A DNA stretch of 64,000 nucleotides from an uncultured delta proteobacterium (lineage in GTDB: Bacteria > Desulfobacterota > Syntrophia > Syntrophales > UBA2192). Positions 61,003 to 64,000 of this stretch are shown here, piece by piece. The number at the start of each line of letters is the position of its first letter. Within the stretch, counting starts at the first letter, position 1. The stretch lies in assembly GCA_963705165.1 (NCBI GenBank), contig CAVPJD010000033.1, positions 28,114 through 92,113 on the forward strand. Direction: 5' to 3'. The notes beneath the pieces are model-generated. The model was not told the origin of the DNA and made no database searches. It was given only the letters and a program-made list of their open reading frames with translations. Both the position numbers and the translations under genes were made by a program.

Positions 61003-61884
61003 ATGACGAAGGCTTTATTGGATCGGATCCTGAGACTTGTTATCGCATCCTTTATCATCCTGGGCATCGGCACCAGCCTGCTCACAGAGGCGATGGCCCA
61101 AGAAGTCAAACAAGAGGCCAACCCGGCCGCTCCGGCTGCGGTGGAAGAAAAGCCGACGACCGACTTCACCGTATCGGCCCTCAGCGCCTACATCTGGCGG
61201 GGCCAGCAGGCGACCAAAGACAGCATGGTGATCCAGCCCTCCGCGACGGTCGGGTACAAGGGATTCACCGCCAACCTCTGGGGCAACCTGGATACCAACC
61301 CCTACTCGACGACGGATGCATCCTACTCCAGCACCTGGACAGAGACGGACCTGACCCTCTCCTACAGCAGGGCCTTCGGTCCCGTGACGGCGGGTTTGGG
61401 TTACATCTACTATGGTCTGAACGCCCCGAACTCTGGCGCAGCCGACCCGCTTGATTCCCAGGAGCTCTTCATTTCGCTTGCCGGAAACGTCCTGCTGACC
61501 CCGACGCTCACGATCTACAAGGAGATCGATCATTACCACCAGACGTATTTCCTCTTCGGGGTGTCCCACACCTTCGAGCTCACCAAGATGATCGGCCTGA
61601 AGCTCGCCGGCTCGTTAAGCTACCTCCTGAGCGACGATGCATCGACCTATCCGAAATATGACGACAACGCTCTGCCGACGACGGACAAGTTCAGCAATTT
61701 CCACGACGGTGTGATCTCGGCGACGCTCCCCATCACACCTTGGAAGTATGTCACGATTGCCCCGACCGTATCATGGGTGTTCCCTCTTTCCGATGATGCA
61801 AAGAACGAAATGAAGGGCCGCAGCAAGAACGGTCAGGACAATAACTTCTTTTATGGCGGAATCAACGTGAGCTTCGCATTCTAG
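61003..61884 (+). CDS. Outer-membrane beta-barrel, TorF/TIGR02001-like putative porin
   Basis: Signal peptide, SAYIWRG, IQPS, ETDLTLSY, GYIYY, C-terminal YGGINVSFAF (terminal Phe). Confidence 0.8.
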   Translation: MTKALLDRILRLVIASFIILGIGTSLLTEAMAQEVKQEANPAAPAAVEEKPTTDFTVSALSAYIWRGQQATKDSMVIQPSATVGYKGFTANLWGNLDTNPYSTTDASYSSTWTETDLTLSYSRAFGPVTAGLGYIYYGLNAPNSGAADPLDSQELFISLAGNVLLTPTLTIYKEIDHYHQTYFLFGVSHTFELTKMIGLKLAGSLSYLLSDDASTYPKYDDNALPTTDKFSNFHDGVISATLPITPWKYVTIAPTVSWVFPLSDDAKNEMKGRSKNGQDNNFFYGGINVSFAF

Positions 61885-61890
61885 AGAGAA

Positions 61891-62034
61891 AGGGTTCAGG
61901 GTCCAGGGTTCAGTGTAAAGACAAGAAAAGGATCGGGGATATCAATCCTCGATCCTTATTTTTTCTCTTTAAGTCTGCTCTTCTCCCTGTCCCCTGTCCC
62001 CTGTCCCCTGTCACCCTATACCCTATACCCTGTT
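61891..62034. repeat. Inverted heptamer arrays enclosing a terminator hairpin
   Basis: agggttc agggtcc agggttc; hairpin 61928-61957; (ccctgtc)4 then ccctata ccctata ccctgtt. Confidence 0.85.
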
Positions 62035-62036
62035 TT

Positions 62037-64000
62037 TTAATCTTCATCAATGATCCACTGTTCATAGGGCAGTTCCGTCGGGTGAAGGCCGTCCTCCTCG
62101 AGTTCCTCGATAAACCGCGACGGCCGCAGGGGCACCATGCCCATCCCGCGTGAATAGTCGATCAGGGGGTGGCAGAGGTAGAGCTGGTCTTTGGCGCGGG
62201 TGGTGGCCACGTAAAACAGCCTCCGCTCCTCTTCCTCGCCGCCGGCCTCGTTGAGCGCGCGGGCCAGCGGGATCATCCCCTCGGCACACCAGATGATGAA
62301 CACAACGGTCCACTCCAGGCCCTTGGCCTGGTGGATGGAGCTGAGAATCACCTGGTCCTTCGCCTCGGCGGCGCCGGAATCCTCGTTCTCCGTCGTGTTC
62401 GTCAGCAGCGAAAGTTCGGCAAGGAAATCCGTCAGGCCCGAGAAGCGCCCCGAGAAATTGGCCAATTGGATCAGATCCTCTTCCCGGGAGAAACTGTCCG
62501 TGTATCGCTCCTGCAGATCCTCACGGTACCCCCGGTTGAGAAGCAGGTGGATGAGATCGGCAGGCGCCTGCTCGGCGATCTTCTCGCACAACAGTGCCAT
62601 GGTCTCGCCGAGCCTCAGAAGCCCGGGAGCCGCCGCCTTCCCGATGCGCTTTACCCAGGCGGGGTCCCGGATTGCCGCCAGGGGGTCTTTCTCGGCCACA
62701 AGGGCCTTCCACACCCGGTCCGCCGTAATCCTTCCCACCTTCTCGTAGAGCCCGAGCACCCTCTTCCAGGCTGCCTCGTCCAGGGGGTTTACGAGCACCC
62801 TGAGGTAGGACGTGATGTCCTTCACGTGGGCCATCTCGAAAAAGCGGATGCCCGAGCGGATCTCGAAGGGGATGCCGCGCCGTGTCAGCTCCATCTGGAG
62901 CTCCATGGAGTGATAGTGGGCACGGTACAGAACGGCGATCTCCCGGATGGGAATCCCCTCCATGATGAGATCCATGATCCGCCGTGCAACAAAGGCCGCC
63001 TGCAGGGTGACGTTTCGCACCGGCACGTAGACGGGCTTGAAACCGCCCTTGCGCACGGCCCGCAACTCTTTATGGAACTGGTCGCGGTTCCGGACGATGC
63101 TCCGGTTGGCCAGATCCAGGATCTGCGGAGTGCTGCGGTAGTTCGTCTCGAGCTTGAAAAGCTTCACGTCGGGGTAACGGTCCGGGAATCGCAGGATGTT
63201 TTCGAAATTGGCCCCCCGGAAGGAATAGATGCTCTGGTGGTCGTCGCCCACCACCATGAGGTTGCGGTGCCGGGAGCCGAGAAGATCGAGAATCGCCGCC
63301 TGCAGGCTGTTGGTGTCCTGGTACTCGTCGACGAGGACGTGCAGGAAACGCTCCGCGTATTCCCGGAGGACCTCCGGTTCGTTTCGCAGAAGTTCGAGCC
63401 AGTTTGCCAGCATGTCGTCGAAATCCATCAGGTTGAGCGACTTCTTCCGCTTGCGGTAGCTGCGGGCGATGTCGACGATGTCCACGCCGAGGGGACTGAA
63501 ATGGGGGTACTTCCGGTCGATGACCTCTTCGAGAGGGGTGACGGTGTTGACGGAAAAGCCGATGATCTCGCCCAGGACGGCCCCCTTGGGAAAACGGCCT
63601 CCCTTCGTGTCGATCCCGGCATCGGCGATGCAGGCGTTCAGGAGCGACTTCGTGTCGTCCGTATCCATGATGGAATAATTCCGGCCGTAACCCAGCCGGT
63701 GGCCGTGACGCCTCAGCACCCGGTTCGCGATGTGATGGAAGGTCCCTCCCCAGAGCCTCCGGATGTCCACGCCCGAGAGCAGCTCCACGCGCCCCAGCAT
63801 CTCGCGGGCGGCCTTGTTCGTAAAAGTCGCGAGCAGAATCCGCTCCGGAGGCGTGCCCGTCTCGATCAGCCGGGCCACCCGGTACGTGAGTGTCCGCGTC
63901 TTGCCGCTACCGGCGCCGGCGATGACGAGCATCGGCCCCCCTTCGGCCGTGACGACGCTGTACTGCTGAGGGTTCAGGTCTTTTTCGTAGTCGATCGGCA
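62037..64000 (-). CDS. UvrD/PcrA/Rep family (SF1) ATP-dependent DNA helicase, 5'-truncated by the window edge
   Basis: LNPQQ, AGAGSGKT, TFTNKAA, DEYQDTN, VGDDHQSIYSFRGA, NYRS, IHQAKGLEW, EERRLFYVATTRA. Confidence 0.95.
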   Translation of the reverse strand, partial: PIDYEKDLNPQQYSVVTAEGGPMLVIAGAGSGKTRTLTYRVARLIETGTPPERILLATFTNKAAREMLGRVELLSGVDIRRLWGGTFHHIANRVLRRHGHRLGYGRNYSIMDTDDTKSLLNACIADAGIDTKGGRFPKGAVLGEIIGFSVNTVTPLEEVIDRKYPHFSPLGVDIVDIARSYRKRKKSLNLMDFDDMLANWLELLRNEPEVLREYAERFLHVLVDEYQDTNSLQAAILDLLGSRHRNLMVVGDDHQSIYSFRGANFENILRFPDRYPDVKLFKLETNYRSTPQILDLANRSIVRNRDQFHKELRAVRKGGFKPVYVPVRNVTLQAAFVARRIMDLIMEGIPIREIAVLYRAHYHSMELQMELTRRGIPFEIRSGIRFFEMAHVKDITSYLRVLVNPLDEAAWKRVLGLYEKVGRITADRVWKALVAEKDPLAAIRDPAWVKRIGKAAAPGLLRLGETMALLCEKIAEQAPADLIHLLLNRGYREDLQERYTDSFSREEDLIQLANFSGRFSGLTDFLAELSLLTNTTENEDSGAAEAKDQVILSSIHQAKGLEWTVVFIIWCAEGMIPLARALNEAGGEEEERRLFYVATTRAKDQLYLCHPLIDYSRGMGMVPLRPSRFIEELEEDGLHPTELPYEQWIIDED

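Overview
GC-rich bacterial chromosome segment, most likely a Syntrophales-like Desulfobacterota (inferred from a Re-citrate synthase with a C-terminal Cache-like domain, a Desulfovibrio-type adenylate kinase and Geobacter/Syntrophus-like pilins). It is mostly core genome: ligA, a liv ABC transporter, adk, lepA-hemW, coaBC-udg-nfeD-SPFH, the kdsA-kdsC-lptCAB-rpoN-hpf-ptsN-rapZ operon, xerD, comEC, hisS-aspS and a UvrD helicase. No rRNA, tRNA, CRISPR or transposase was recognised. Most notable: (1) about 15 intergenic elements built from 7-, 8- or 9-bp periodic arrays, often in inverted pairs, that abut or invade stop and start codons and fall into sequence subfamilies; (2) a pilS-pilR-pilA-pilA locus with two complete, slightly diverged sigma-54 pilin units carrying a shared candidate PilR enhancer, followed by TMTC-like, GT39-like, GT2 and methyltransferase genes that look like a pilin O-glycosylation system; (3) a structured, terminator-containing leader with glutamine-riboswitch-like motifs upstream of Re-citrate synthase; (4) a bS22-like small ORF missed by the ORF track. 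Ten single-base indels in short homopolymers break seven genes and are most likely assembly errors. All family calls are by motif recognition; no database search was run.
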